Part shown: positions 25,911-35,505 of the stretch, in pieces
Numbering within the stretch: position 1 is the stretch's first letter
Layout: each line of letters starts with the position of its first letter
NCBI GenBank assembly: GCA_963843375.1
Contig: CAWJKT010000004.1
Location: forward strand, 500,528 to 564,527
DNA length: 64,000 bases
Reading direction: 5' to 3'
From: an uncultured Pseudomonadota bacterium
GTDB taxonomy: Bacteria; Oederibacteriota; Muellerivitia; Muellerivitales; Muellerivitaceae
Made by a program: the position numbers and the translations under genes
The notes under the pieces: generated by a model
Databases searched by the model: none
What the model was told of the DNA's origin: nothing
Seen by the model: the letters and a program-made list of their open reading frames with translations, nothing else

Positions 25911-27334
25911 GCGGTCTCCGACACGTTTAGTGGAAGCGTGAGCCTCACCTGTGCACCGGCGAGAGCGTGATGCCTCCGCAGCAGAGGGTGATGAGGGCGA
26001 TGAGGCTGGTAGCGGAGTGGAAGCCGAAGCTGCGGCGAGTGATCGTGCGGATCTTGCCATTGAGGCCTTCGCTGCGTCCGCTGTTCAGGCCCGTGGCGCA
26101 GTAGGCGACGATCCCCTCGATGTGCTTCTTGATGGTGCGCGCGACCTTGCGGAACGGGGGCAGCCGGGAACGCATCGCCCAGGAGGTCCAGTCGAGCAGC
26201 TTGTCGCGTGCGACGTTGACCTGGGCGCCATCGAGGATCTTCGCGAGCGTCTCCTTGAGCAGGTAGGCGCGATACAGCGGCCGGTTGGTCCTCTGCACGT
26301 CGGTGAGCTTGCCCCGCTCGACGTCGGTGAGGTTCCACGGATTCTTCTGCAACGCGAAGCGTGTGCCTTTGATGGCTTGCTTTTCGTCGGCGTCGGCGGC
26401 GCGCCACTGCTGACGGCGCACTGTGTCGAGCGCGTCGTGGGCGAGTCGCTGGACGTGGAAGCGGTCGAAGATCAGCCGGGCCTCCGGCGAGGCTTCGGTG
26501 ACGGCCTTGATGTAGGCCGCCGACAGGTCGAGCGTGACCGCCTCCAGCTTCGCGCACCGCTGCTTTCCCAGCTCTTCGAAGAAGGCGCCGAGCGTGGCGG
26601 CGTCCTTGCCCTCGCGAGCCCACACGACGGCGCCGCGATCGTGGTCGATCACGACGGTGACGTACTCGTGGTGGCGGCGATAGCTCAGCTCGTCGACCCC
26701 GATGCGCGTCAGGTCGTCGAGGGGGTCGGCCGTCCGGTGGCGAGGCACGACGCGCTCGATGATCGCTCCGACGGTTCGCCAGGCGATCCGCATCAGCGAG
26801 CTGAGCGTCGTCTTGTCCGCCCGCTGTGCCAGATACGCGACCTGCTCCTCGAAGTCGTAGGTGAACCAGGATTGGCTCTCGGCCCACGGGACGAACTCGA
26901 CGACCACACCGCAACGGGGGCAGTCGACGCGCCGGATCGCGTATCGAAGCCACACCCGGAACGGACCCACGTCGAGGTGGCGCCAATCGCGCGCGCGTCG
27001 GTCGTGAACCGCGCGTACCCGGCACATGCAGCCTGAGCACCGCGCGATGCGCGTGGTCGGGACCACCTCGACGACCAGGCCCTCGTCGTCGCAGCACACA
27101 CCGCGAACACGTGTCGCCTTCAGCCCGAGAATCTTCGAGAGTAGAGTGGTCGCGCGCATGGGGGAGCGGGTTGCCTTTCGTGTCTAGACAACCGCAAGGT
27201 ACCCCCTCCCTCGTGTGCACCTGCCCCTGCCACCCCCCCCCGGCCGTCTCGACCTACCCAGACGCCCTGAGAATCAGGCTGTCAGAAGCCGCAGCCCTGG
27301 CCTCCGACCTTCCACTAAACGTGTCGGAGAACCC
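25911..27334 (-). mobile_element. ISL3-family insertion sequence
   Basis: Perfect 22-bp inverted repeat TCTCCGACACGTTTAGTGGAAG at 25915-25936 and its complement at 27309-27330, extending imperfectly about 4 bp outward, around an intact transposase. No target duplication evident. Confidence 0.92.
25945..27159 (-). CDS. ISL3-family transposase
   Basis: Zinc finger CSGC..CPRC, VPWA, IGVDE, VTLDLS, IFDRFHV, SEGLNGKI, RRSFGF. Confidence 0.96.
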   Translation of the reverse strand: MRATTLLSKILGLKATRVRGVCCDDEGLVVEVVPTTRIARCSGCMCRVRAVHDRRARDWRHLDVGPFRVWLRYAIRRVDCPRCGVVVEFVPWAESQSWFTYDFEEQVAYLAQRADKTTLSSLMRIAWRTVGAIIERVVPRHRTADPLDDLTRIGVDELSYRRHHEYVTVVIDHDRGAVVWAREGKDAATLGAFFEELGKQRCAKLEAVTLDLSAAYIKAVTEASPEARLIFDRFHVQRLAHDALDTVRRQQWRAADADEKQAIKGTRFALQKNPWNLTDVERGKLTDVQRTNRPLYRAYLLKETLAKILDGAQVNVARDKLLDWTSWAMRSRLPPFRKVARTIKKHIEGIVAYCATGLNSGRSEGLNGKIRTITRRSFGFHSATSLIALITLCCGGITLSPVHR

Positions 27335-27572
27335 TTCTTTTGTGGGTGGAGCTGGTAGCTGCGGACTTCAGCGCACGGCGCCTCGGTCCGCCGCGCCCAT
27401 CGAGATAGTCGGGGTGCTGGACGCCGAGCGACGAGCAAGACGACGCCCGAGACCTAGATGAAGCACCGTGAAGTCCTGCCCCCTGCGAGCCTCCCGTGCA
27501 GTCCACGCCGCATCCGGTGCGGTAGGCGGAGCCCCGACTGCCGCACCCTGCGCAGTCGCGGAATTCGACGCG

Positions 27573-28484
27573 CTATCGCAATGTGCCATCCGCGCCATCC
27601 GGTGGATGCGAGAGTCCCGCCGCGACCAGGGGTAGGCCCGCGACTACCGCCAGTTTCAAAAGCGCCTGGTAGGGAACACGGTTGAGGTTCGCACGACGCT
27701 TTAGATCGTCCAGAAGAGCAAAGGGCATGCGTACGGCGACGAGCCGACTCTTTGCCGTCGTCGCCCCCGATCTCTTGCGCCGCGTAGTGGCGGACGCTTT
27801 CGCCTCGTTCGAGAGGGCTGCTGCCGACGTTCCCGACGGCGCACCCGTGACCTCGGCGACAACTTGCTTCGCTCGCGCCGCCGACCAGCGCTCTCGGACG
27901 CAACGCGCCACCATGTCGCTCCACTTGTCCGGAGGGGCTCCGACCGCGATTTCCGCAATGGCCTCCGTCCGCTTCCGGCAGGCCACGACCTCGTCGGTGG
28001 AAAGCCCGTGGCGAACAGCCTCGAACGCGCGGGCCGCGTGCCGGTAACGGCGAAGCCGAGACGGGGCCACGCCGAGCGTCTTTGCGAGGGAGTCGAGCCC
28101 TTGCCCAGCCCGCCCCTGAGCGGGCTCGATCTTCAGCACGTGCAGTCCGACTTCGAGCGGCGTCAGCCCATGCTGCACATTTGTGAAGAGGAGTTCTACC
28201 AGCGCTTCCTCGTCGGTCATCTCGGCGACGAAGGCGACGAGATGGTCTAGCCCCTCAGCGACCGCGGCATCGAGGCGGTGATGACCGTCGAGCATCTGGT
28301 ACCGGTTCTCCCTCAGCCGACGCAGCTTTACCGCCGACTCCACCGGGTAGACGCCCCCCCCGTCGCGAATGCGTTCCCGGAAGCTTTCGACGGTATCGGA
28401 GTGAGTCGCCAGTCGGGGATTATCGGGGTTGCGCTCAATGAACGCCATCTGGATGCGAAGAGGGTGGGCGCAGTACTGGACCAT
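27573..28484 (-). CDS. ParB/Srx N-terminal domain protein with HTH and a C-terminal CopG/RHH-like domain
   Basis: NPDNPR, YQMLDGHHRLDAA, NVQHGLTPLE, HTH LAKTLGVAPSRL; tail VAVRMPFALLDDLKRRANLNRVPYQALLK. Confidence 0.8.
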   Translation of the reverse strand: MVQYCAHPLRIQMAFIERNPDNPRLATHSDTVESFRERIRDGGGVYPVESAVKLRRLRENRYQMLDGHHRLDAAVAEGLDHLVAFVAEMTDEEALVELLFTNVQHGLTPLEVGLHVLKIEPAQGRAGQGLDSLAKTLGVAPSRLRRYRHAARAFEAVRHGLSTDEVVACRKRTEAIAEIAVGAPPDKWSDMVARCVRERWSAARAKQVVAEVTGAPSGTSAAALSNEAKASATTRRKRSGATTAKSRLVAVRMPFALLDDLKRRANLNRVPYQALLKLAVVAGLPLVAAGLSHPPDGADGTLR

Positions 28485-28658
28485 GCCTCCCCATTACACT
28501 GAAAGATCCGTCCACGACGCGACTGCAAGTGGCTTCCGCACATTTGTTCGGAGGTCGCTCGCCGGATCGCGGAGCCATCGGTGTAAGGAGCGCTAGCCGG
28601 TCGACAGCGGCGGCCGAGTCGGCGGCCGTCACGGCCCGCCAAACAAGATGAGGACCAA

Positions 28659-29690
28659 ATGAGTAGAACATCCGTTGTGACGATCGACGACATTCCCGGA
28701 CTACGGCAGAGCATGACCAAGCGCGCCGAGGAGGTTGCGCCGTTTCCCGTCACTCGCATTCGAGACGTCGAGGACATGGATGAGGCAGGCCGCTGGCTCG
28801 TCGACGACATCTGGCCAACCGAGGGGGTTGGGCTTCTGGCGGGATCCCCCAAAACGGGGAAGACCTGGGTCGCCCTCGAACTCGGGATTGCCGTTGCGAG
28901 CGGTAAGCCATTCCTCGGGTCATACCCGGTACCCAAGGCCGGCCCCGTGTTGATGTTCGGCGCCGAGGATCGGCCCGGCGATTTGAAGGCCCGTGTCGTC
29001 GGAATTTGCAACGCGCGGGCGGTGGAGATCGATGCGCTCGCCTTCGATCTGATCGACATCCCGAGCCTGACGCTGGACCGACCTGCCGAGTTCGCCCGGC
29101 TGCAAGCCACCGTTAAGAAGGAGCGGCCGGCTCTCGTCATCCTCGACCCCTTCGTTCGGCTCTTCCGAGGATCGGAGAACGACGCCGGCGCCGTCTCTCG
29201 CGTCCTCGGTCAACTTCGCGCTCTTCAGCGCGAGTTCGCCGTCGCCGTCCTCGTTGTACATCATGTCCGAAAGCATGCTGTCCAAGGCGGAGCCGAGAAC
29301 ATCCGCGGCAGCGGCGACTTCCACGCGTGGGCGGACTCGTCGATCGTCCTGCGACGGCGGGGCCAGAACGTCGCAGACGTCAAGATCGAGCACCGGAGGA
29401 CCCGGTCGCCGGAGCCGTTCCGCGTCGCGCTCGCAGGAGAGGGCGACGTGCACTTGGAGGTGGTCGCTTCGGCGGAGAACAACGGACAGGTCGTAGCGGA
29501 CGAGAGGACACGCGCGCTGAGCTTCATCCGCGAGCGCCGTCTGGTCGGTCGCACCGAGCTGCGGGAGCACCTGCAGATCCGAAACGAGCGGGTGGGAGAG
29601 CTCCTCGAGCAACTGTGTGCGGAGGGGCTCATCGTGCCCGAGGGGCGAGCATGGGCGGCGGCTCCCCGTTCCGTTCCGTCCTCCACCTGA
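28659..29690 (+). CDS. AAA_25 / RepA-type (RecA superfamily) helicase-like ATPase with C-terminal wHTH
   Basis: WLVDDIW, Walker A GSPKTGKT, AED, Walker B LVILDP, LVVHH, RGSG. Confidence 0.88.
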   Translation: MSRTSVVTIDDIPGLRQSMTKRAEEVAPFPVTRIRDVEDMDEAGRWLVDDIWPTEGVGLLAGSPKTGKTWVALELGIAVASGKPFLGSYPVPKAGPVLMFGAEDRPGDLKARVVGICNARAVEIDALAFDLIDIPSLTLDRPAEFARLQATVKKERPALVILDPFVRLFRGSENDAGAVSRVLGQLRALQREFAVAVLVVHHVRKHAVQGGAENIRGSGDFHAWADSSIVLRRRGQNVADVKIEHRRTRSPEPFRVALAGEGDVHLEVVASAENNGQVVADERTRALSFIRERRLVGRTELREHLQIRNERVGELLEQLCAEGLIVPEGRAWAAAPRSVPSST

Positions 29691-29707
29691 GGGGTGGAAC
29701 GGAACGG
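29666..29707. repeat. Inverted repeat built from GGAAC pentamers, overlapping the helicase stop codon
   Basis: CCGTTCCGTTCC (29666-29677) and GGAACGGAACGG (29696-29707) form perfect 12-bp arms. Confidence 0.85.
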
Positions 29708-29732
29708 AGTGGTCGGAGACTGTCGCCCCTCG

Positions 29733-30020
29733 TCAGCGCGGCGCGCCGCCGAGGCTCGCGTCGTGCACGAGGCGGAACCGGTCGGCGCGTGCGTAGATGT
29801 GGGTCCGCGTTCCTTGGCGGCGGCGCTGGACCAAGCCTTTCGCGGCGGCGAGGACGTCCAGGTGGTGCGAAACGGTTGAGCTTGTGTAGCCGAGAGCGCG
29901 GGCAACCTCTCCCACGGTGCATCCCTGGTGCTCGAGTATGAAGATGAACGTTGCGACGCGGGTGGGGTCGCTGATCGCGGCGCCGAGGGCGGTGACGGCG
30001 TCGACGATGTTGGGAGTCAT
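29733..30020 (-). CDS. ArsR/SmtB-family transcriptional regulator
   Basis: ISDPTRVA, TVGEVARALG..SSTVSHHL..L...GLVQRRRQG. Confidence 0.85.
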   Translation of the reverse strand: MTPNIVDAVTALGAAISDPTRVATFIFILEHQGCTVGEVARALGYTSSTVSHHLDVLAAAKGLVQRRRQGTRTHIYARADRFRLVHDASLGGAPR

Positions 30021-30030
30021 CGTCCTTGCG

Positions 30031-30090
30031 TTTATATCAATGGTTCATCAAAATTGATGTTGTCACTTCGTCATGTAGTTCTCACTATTT
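30031..30090. promoter_or_regulatory. AT-rich promoter/operator with CATCAA-AA-TTGATG palindrome (probable ArsR autoregulatory site)
   Basis: 18 of 60 bases are G+C; inverted repeat at 30046-30059, immediately upstream of the ArsR start. Confidence 0.55.
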
Positions 30091-30551
30091 CGCGCGTTCC
30101 TTCGGCAATTCTTGTATTTCGCAAATTGGCGCCCTGCCTCCTTGAGGGGCGCGATTCGCGCAGAAGCGACGCCACGATCATTTCACGAAACATAATCGAG
30201 CGGTTCCGTGTACTCTTATTAGTTTTGGCGCTGCTTCGAAACGACGGCGACGAGGATCGCTTCGGTCTGCAGTCTGAGCTCTTCACATGGCGAGGCGTCG
30301 CTCTCCCTGAGAGTAACCAGCGGTCCCCACACGACGGCTGCGAAGAGGCCGTCACCGCTCCGAAAGCGCGCGGTCCCGATGACCTGCAGGTAGCGGCTGA
30401 TCGGCCTCTGGCTCACGCGGGAGACGCGGGAGCCGTGAACCAAAATGAGGGGCTCGGCCACAGTGACGAGCGCCCTGGGGAGGGCGCCCTTCGTCATCGG
30501 TTCGGAAGACACCGATGCGCGACGATGAGCCGAAAGTCGACTCCCGCCGCC

Positions 30552-31106
30552 TCAGTGTTCCAGGTAGACGTCGACTCTGCGGTCGTGCGCCCAGCCAGTT
30601 TCATCCTGGCCGGTTGCGTCCATTGCACCACGCGAAGTCGTCGAGGAATGGGTCGTGCCGAGGCCATGGCCCAAGAGGTAGCCGGCGACGGAATCGGCGC
30701 GGGACTGGCCGAGAGTCATGTTGTACTCGTCGGCACCGCGCGGATCGGCGTGACCGACGAGGCGGAGCCGGTGTCCGGCCATCGGTCCCCGAGTGAAGCA
30801 CGTCGCGAGCTGGTCGAGCGGCCCATGATCGAAGGTCGTGAGCCGTGACGAATCGAACGCGAAATAGGCATCCGCATCGGGGATATCGCACGCGCGGAGA
30901 AGCTCCTCCGAGAGGATCACGTTCGAGGCAGTCGGTGTGTCGGGCACGAGAGGCTGGACGTTGGTTCTCCCGAGCGGCTCCGCAGGCGGAGCCACAGGAG
31001 CCTGAGCTTGGACCTGCTTTGCTCCCCCGCAGGCTCCGAGAAGGAGCGTGATAGCGGCCGTGGAAACGATGCGGGCGACGCGTCTTGAATGAACCAGCGA
31101 CATCAT
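30552..31106 (-). CDS. OmpA/Pal-family peptidoglycan-associated lipoprotein
   Basis: Lipobox LGAC; YFAFDSS, GHADPRG..EYNMTLGQSRA, DRRV. Confidence 0.93.
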   Translation of the reverse strand: MMSLVHSRRVARIVSTAAITLLLGACGGAKQVQAQAPVAPPAEPLGRTNVQPLVPDTPTASNVILSEELLRACDIPDADAYFAFDSSRLTTFDHGPLDQLATCFTRGPMAGHRLRLVGHADPRGADEYNMTLGQSRADSVAGYLLGHGLGTTHSSTTSRGAMDATGQDETGWAHDRRVDVYLEH

Positions 31107-31141
31107 GGAAACCTCCGATTTGTGAGCTGGTAGACGGCCAC

Positions 31142-31158
31142 TGCATCGCGCGTACCGA
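31142..31158 (-). promoter_or_regulatory. Candidate sigma-54 promoter
   Basis: TCGGTACGCGCGATGCA (GG-N10-GC) about 36 bp upstream of the OmpA start. Confidence 0.45.
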
Positions 31159-31422
31159 GCCGTACGATTTGGCGGAAACCCGGCTTTCGAAGGCCGATCA
31201 GCACGCAGTCAATGCGTTCACGCGTCGAGGTTGCGCCGACGCATAGCTGCGTGTGTCACGAGGGGCGCACCATCGCACTGCGTCCGCGACGGTGTGACCC
31301 TCCCAGCTTCAATCGGGCCACTGATCTGAGTGTCGCCGGGGAATCCCCACTGAAGACACCATCCTCACCCCGAGTGCGCGGTAACAGAATGGAGGACAGC
31401 CGAGATCACGTCCCACGCAAGC

Positions 31423-32937
31423 ATGGCGATCTCCATCACCTCTGTGTCCGTCGCCTCGCGGATGGACGCGATCTACTACGGGAAAAGCGTCATCCGACCC
31501 GTGGTGGCTGTCGTCAAGTCCGTCGCCTCCGCGGTCTCCATCGGGAGCGGGGGCTCGGTGGGGCGCGAGGGGCCGATCGTGCAGATCAGCGACGCCTTCG
31601 CGTCCTGGCTTGGACAGAGCGCCCGCGTGTCGAGGTGGCAACGGGCAACGCTCGTTGCAGCCGGGGGAGGAGCTGGCATCGCAGCGACGTTCAACACGCC
31701 GATTGGAGGTGTGCAGTTCGCGGTCGAGGTGCTCTTGCACGAGGTGAGCGTTCGCACCCTGACCCCCGTGGCCTTGTCGACCGCCACGGCGACCTACGTG
31801 GGACAGCGCCTCTTCGGCAACGCGCCGGCGTTCGTGGTCCCGGCCGTGCAAGCGTCGGTGACCGCGGCGGTCTTGCCGGCCTACGTCCTCTTGGGTGGGC
31901 TGATGGCGCTGGTCGCCGTTGCGTTCATCCGTGTCCTCTACGGCACGGAGGACCTGTTCGAGAGAGTCATTCCGCGCCATGACTATCTGCGGCACGTCGC
32001 CGGGATGCTCGCGGTCGGAATCACCATCGAGCTCCTGATGGTCCGGCGAGGGCACTACTACGTCGAGGGGGTCGGCTATTCGACCATCGTCGACGTGCTG
32101 ACCGGGCAACTCACTGGCGTCGGCTGGCTGGTGGCCCTGTTCGTGCTCAAACTGGCGATGACCTCGCTGACGCTCGGCTCGGGCGGGTCCGGTGGTGTCT
32201 TTTCGCCGTCGCTCTTCATGGGCGCGACCCTCGGAGCGGCGTTCGGCCTCGTGATGCGTGCGCTCTTCCCGGGCATGCCGTTCGACACGGCGGCCTTCGC
32301 TCTGGCAGGGATGGCCGGGCTCGTCGCCGGGGCGACCGGCGCGGCGTTGACGGCGATCGTGATGATCTTCGAGATGACGCTCGACTACTCCGTCGTCTTG
32401 CCTCTGGCCTTGACGGTGGCCGTGAGCCATGGAGCTCGCCGTCTCCTCCTGGCGCAGAACATCTACACGATGAAGCTCGCCCGTCGCGGCCACTACATGC
32501 CCGAGGCGTTGCAAGCCAACGCGTACCTCGTTCATCACGTCGGCGACATGACGATGGCGACCGCGGCTACCCTGCCGGCCGATGCGAGAGTCGATCGACT
32601 GTCCGTCCTCGAGTGAACGGGCCGCGCGGAGTACCTGGTCCTTTGGGCCCAGGACGGGGTGACGGGCGTCGTGCCGCGCGAAGCGATCAGGGTCCAGACG
32701 GAAGGCTCCCGCGAGGAGGCGCTTCCTGCGGGTCTCATCCGGCACGACTTCGTGACCGCGTCCACCGAAACCACAATCTTCGACCTCATCGTAAGCTTTC
32801 AGCGAGCGAAGGCCGAACTCGCGGTGGTCCTTGCGCCGGAAGGCGAGGCGAAGGACGCCGCTCGCGTCCGGGGCGTAGTCACGAAGACTCACCTGGCGGA
32901 GGCGCTGGCGGAAGGTATGGAAATCTTCGAGGACTGA
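31423..32937 (+). pseudogene. ClC chloride channel/antiporter with CBS domains; 5'-truncated with an in-frame TGA at 32614-32616
   Basis: GGSVGREGP, FNTPIGG, GGSGGVFSPSL, IYTMKL. The first helices and GSGIP-type motif are absent. ORF 32659-32937 is in the same frame as 31423. Confidence 0.85.
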
Positions 32938-33386
32938 TGATCATCTACGCGCGCATTCTGGTCCCCATCGACGGCAGCGCTTACAGCGATGCAGCTGTCG
33001 CGCACGCCCTCGCGATTGCCAAAGCGATGGGGTCGACCGTCGTCTTTCTCTTCGTGATGGACACCCTGAATGCCCGCCAGGAGGGTGTCGTAAATGTGCA
33101 GGAAGCGAGGGTGGCGCTGGCCGCGCGCGGAAGGCCAATCCTCGATGGGGCCGAGGAAGCGGCGGTCGCCGCGGGCGTAGGAGCCGAGGGCGAGCTGGTC
33201 GAGGGGGTTCCGGCCGACGTGATCGGGCAGAGAGGGGCGGACTTCAATCTCGTCGTGATGGGAAGCCACGGAAAGAGTCTGTGGAAGCGGTTGACCGTCG
33301 GATCCGTCACGCAGGCCGTCCTGCACCAGCTCTCCCGTCCGGTGCTCGTCGTCCGAACGGCCGCGGAGAGTGCGCCAACCGGGTGA
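32937..33386 (+). CDS. Universal stress protein
   Basis: ILVPIDGS, LVVMGSHG..GSVTQAVL..PVLVV; start overlaps the upstream stop. Confidence 0.92.
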   Translation: MIIYARILVPIDGSAYSDAAVAHALAIAKAMGSTVVFLFVMDTLNARQEGVVNVQEARVALAARGRPILDGAEEAAVAAGVGAEGELVEGVPADVIGQRGADFNLVVMGSHGKSLWKRLTVGSVTQAVLHQLSRPVLVVRTAAESAPTG

Positions 33387-33789
33387 CGCCTGTCGTCGCC
33401 GTCGGCCGGTCGATCGCGGCGCGCCGCGACCCAGCGCGGGCTTGTGGGCTCCGACACCGCTCGGAACCGGGCACGAAACCGATCGCGTCCTGCTGAGAAC
33501 CTCCGGCCGTCCGAGGTTGTCGTCACCTCGATCGCTATTCCCCCGGCCGTCGATCAGCGTGAACAGCGGGTCGGCGGTCGGGGGCCTCGAGGAACCCCTA
33601 TCGAGGACAGCGCCCTCGGCGCGCCCTTACCATCGCACACGCCGCTCCGAGCGCGCCGGGGCGAATCGTCGCACGTGCCCCGCGGGGGCCTCCCCGGCCA
33701 CAAGCTCTCGCCACGGCCCTTGTCACCCCGATGAGCGACATCGAGAATGTGGCGCGGGCCGGCGCTGTCGAAGAAGTGAAAGCGAGATC

Positions 33790-35292
33790 ATGATGCGAAG
33801 CTCACGAGTCTTGGCGTGTCTGCCCTGCCTTGCCTTCATCGCCGGTTGCTCCTCATCGAACGCGGGCGGACCCGCCCCGGACAGCGGGAGCCAAGAGGCT
33901 TCGATCGAATCCGAAGGGGGGGCCGAAGGCGGAACGGCCGCATGCAACGGCAGCGTGCTTCCGGAGTTCGTGACGCAGAATCTCACGCTGACGCGGGCGT
34001 GCAGCCCCTACCATGCGTCGCTGCCGGTCCTGGTCGGCGGCGCCACGAACCATCCGGTCCTGACGATCGAGCCGGGCGTTACCGTGACATTCGCGTCTGG
34101 CGCATACCTCTCGGTCGGCATGGGACAGACCGCGGCGGCCCCCGGCGGACTGCAAGCCGTAGGCAGCGCCGCTTCGCCGATCGTCCTGACTTCGGACGCC
34201 GCGAGTCCGAACGCCGGAGCCTGGGGTGGCGTCTACTTCAATCCGACCGCCGACGCGACCTCGACGCTGACTGATACCGTCGTGAAGTACGCGGGCCAGC
34301 AATTTGCTCCTTTGCTCAACACCCCCGTCGATCGCGGCTCGGTGTACGTCGACGCAGGAACGGCATCGCCGCTGAGCAATTCCACCCCGCTGCACATCCT
34401 TCTGTCGAACCTCACGGTGAGTAACAACGGCGGTAGCGGCGTCGTCTTCTTCGGGCCGTACGCTGGTTTCGCCATGTCCTCGGGAGCGCTCACCATCCCC
34501 GACTGGGCGAGTGGCGGCTACCCCATCGTGATCGACCCCAACTCGGCCGACACCCTTCCGACGACATTGACGACCGGCAACGGTCATCAGGGCGGCGTCG
34601 GAATCCTCGCGGAGGAAGCGAACATCGGCGGAGGCGGCCAAGACATCCTCGTCCACAACGAGACCTGGCCTTCGCTTCCCATCCCGTACATTGTCGATGA
34701 GTCCAACTATTCAGACACCAGCAGCGCGGGCGACTGCGGCCTTTTTGTCGACGGGACCGACAGCGCAACCGTCACGCTCACGATCGCCGCACCCAACACG
34801 GTCGAGTTCCAGAAACCCCCGGCCGGTGGAGCGTGCGGCATCTACGTGAGCCAGAATCATTCGGGCGGCCAGATCATCGCGAACGCATCGGTGTCGGCTC
34901 CCATCGTGTTCACCTCCGCGCAGACGATCCCCGCTCCTGGAGACTGGGCGGGGATCACCATAAGCTCCGATACGACGGACTTCGGCGCGACGAGCTTCGC
35001 CTACTGCACGTTCTCGTATGCAGCGGCGAGCACCTACGGGGCACCGCCCGGGTCGAGTGAACTGTTCTTCAACGGCAACCCAGCCTGCCTTCCGGGCGGG
35101 GGCGGATCGGGGACCGCTGGGCCGCCTGTCACCAACTGCACTTTCACAAACTACGCCGGCTGCGCCATCGACGGGCTCGACCTGCTCAACGAGGGAACCA
35201 CGTACGGGGCGGGCACGACCGGGAGCCACGGGAATACCTTCACCCCCGTCTCCGGCAATGCGGCGGGCGTGTGCACGCAGACGAACTGCTAA
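33790..35292 (+). CDS. Secreted lipoprotein with repeated beta-helix-like modules
   Basis: Lipobox IAGC; duplicated motif LTIEPGVTVTF...PIVLTS...AGAWGG.F and LTIAAPNTVEF...PIVFTS...PGDWAGI. Confidence 0.8.
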   Translation: MMRSSRVLACLPCLAFIAGCSSSNAGGPAPDSGSQEASIESEGGAEGGTAACNGSVLPEFVTQNLTLTRACSPYHASLPVLVGGATNHPVLTIEPGVTVTFASGAYLSVGMGQTAAAPGGLQAVGSAASPIVLTSDAASPNAGAWGGVYFNPTADATSTLTDTVVKYAGQQFAPLLNTPVDRGSVYVDAGTASPLSNSTPLHILLSNLTVSNNGGSGVVFFGPYAGFAMSSGALTIPDWASGGYPIVIDPNSADTLPTTLTTGNGHQGGVGILAEEANIGGGGQDILVHNETWPSLPIPYIVDESNYSDTSSAGDCGLFVDGTDSATVTLTIAAPNTVEFQKPPAGGACGIYVSQNHSGGQIIANASVSAPIVFTSAQTIPAPGDWAGITISSDTTDFGATSFAYCTFSYAAASTYGAPPGSSELFFNGNPACLPGGGGSGTAGPPVTNCTFTNYAGCAIDGLDLLNEGTTYGAGTTGSHGNTFTPVSGNAAGVCTQTNC

Positions 35293-35505
35293 AGCGAGAC
35301 CGGCGAAGCCGCCTTCGGAGAAGTCGCAGGCCCACCGCGAAGCGACCCTACGCGATCCTCAGGCGTTCGACAGCGGACGCTCTGGGGGTGCCAAGCCCGT
35401 GAACATCGATCGCATGCCCGGAGTGACCAGAGTGGGCAGAATGAGGACGACGGTGCTCGACAGCAAAGGTCGACTTGCGCGATAACGCCCAATAGAGGAC
35501 GAACC

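Noticed and set aside
27573..30020. Prophage or anti-phage defence system
   Set aside because: No structural, integrase, nuclease or recognised defence genes are present.
30071..30512. Short minus-strand ORFs between ArsR and OmpA
   Set aside because: Atypical composition and no motifs.
32614..32616. Selenocysteine or programmed readthrough of the ClC TGA
   Set aside because: The position is non-catalytic, no SECIS is evident and the gene is also 5'-truncated.
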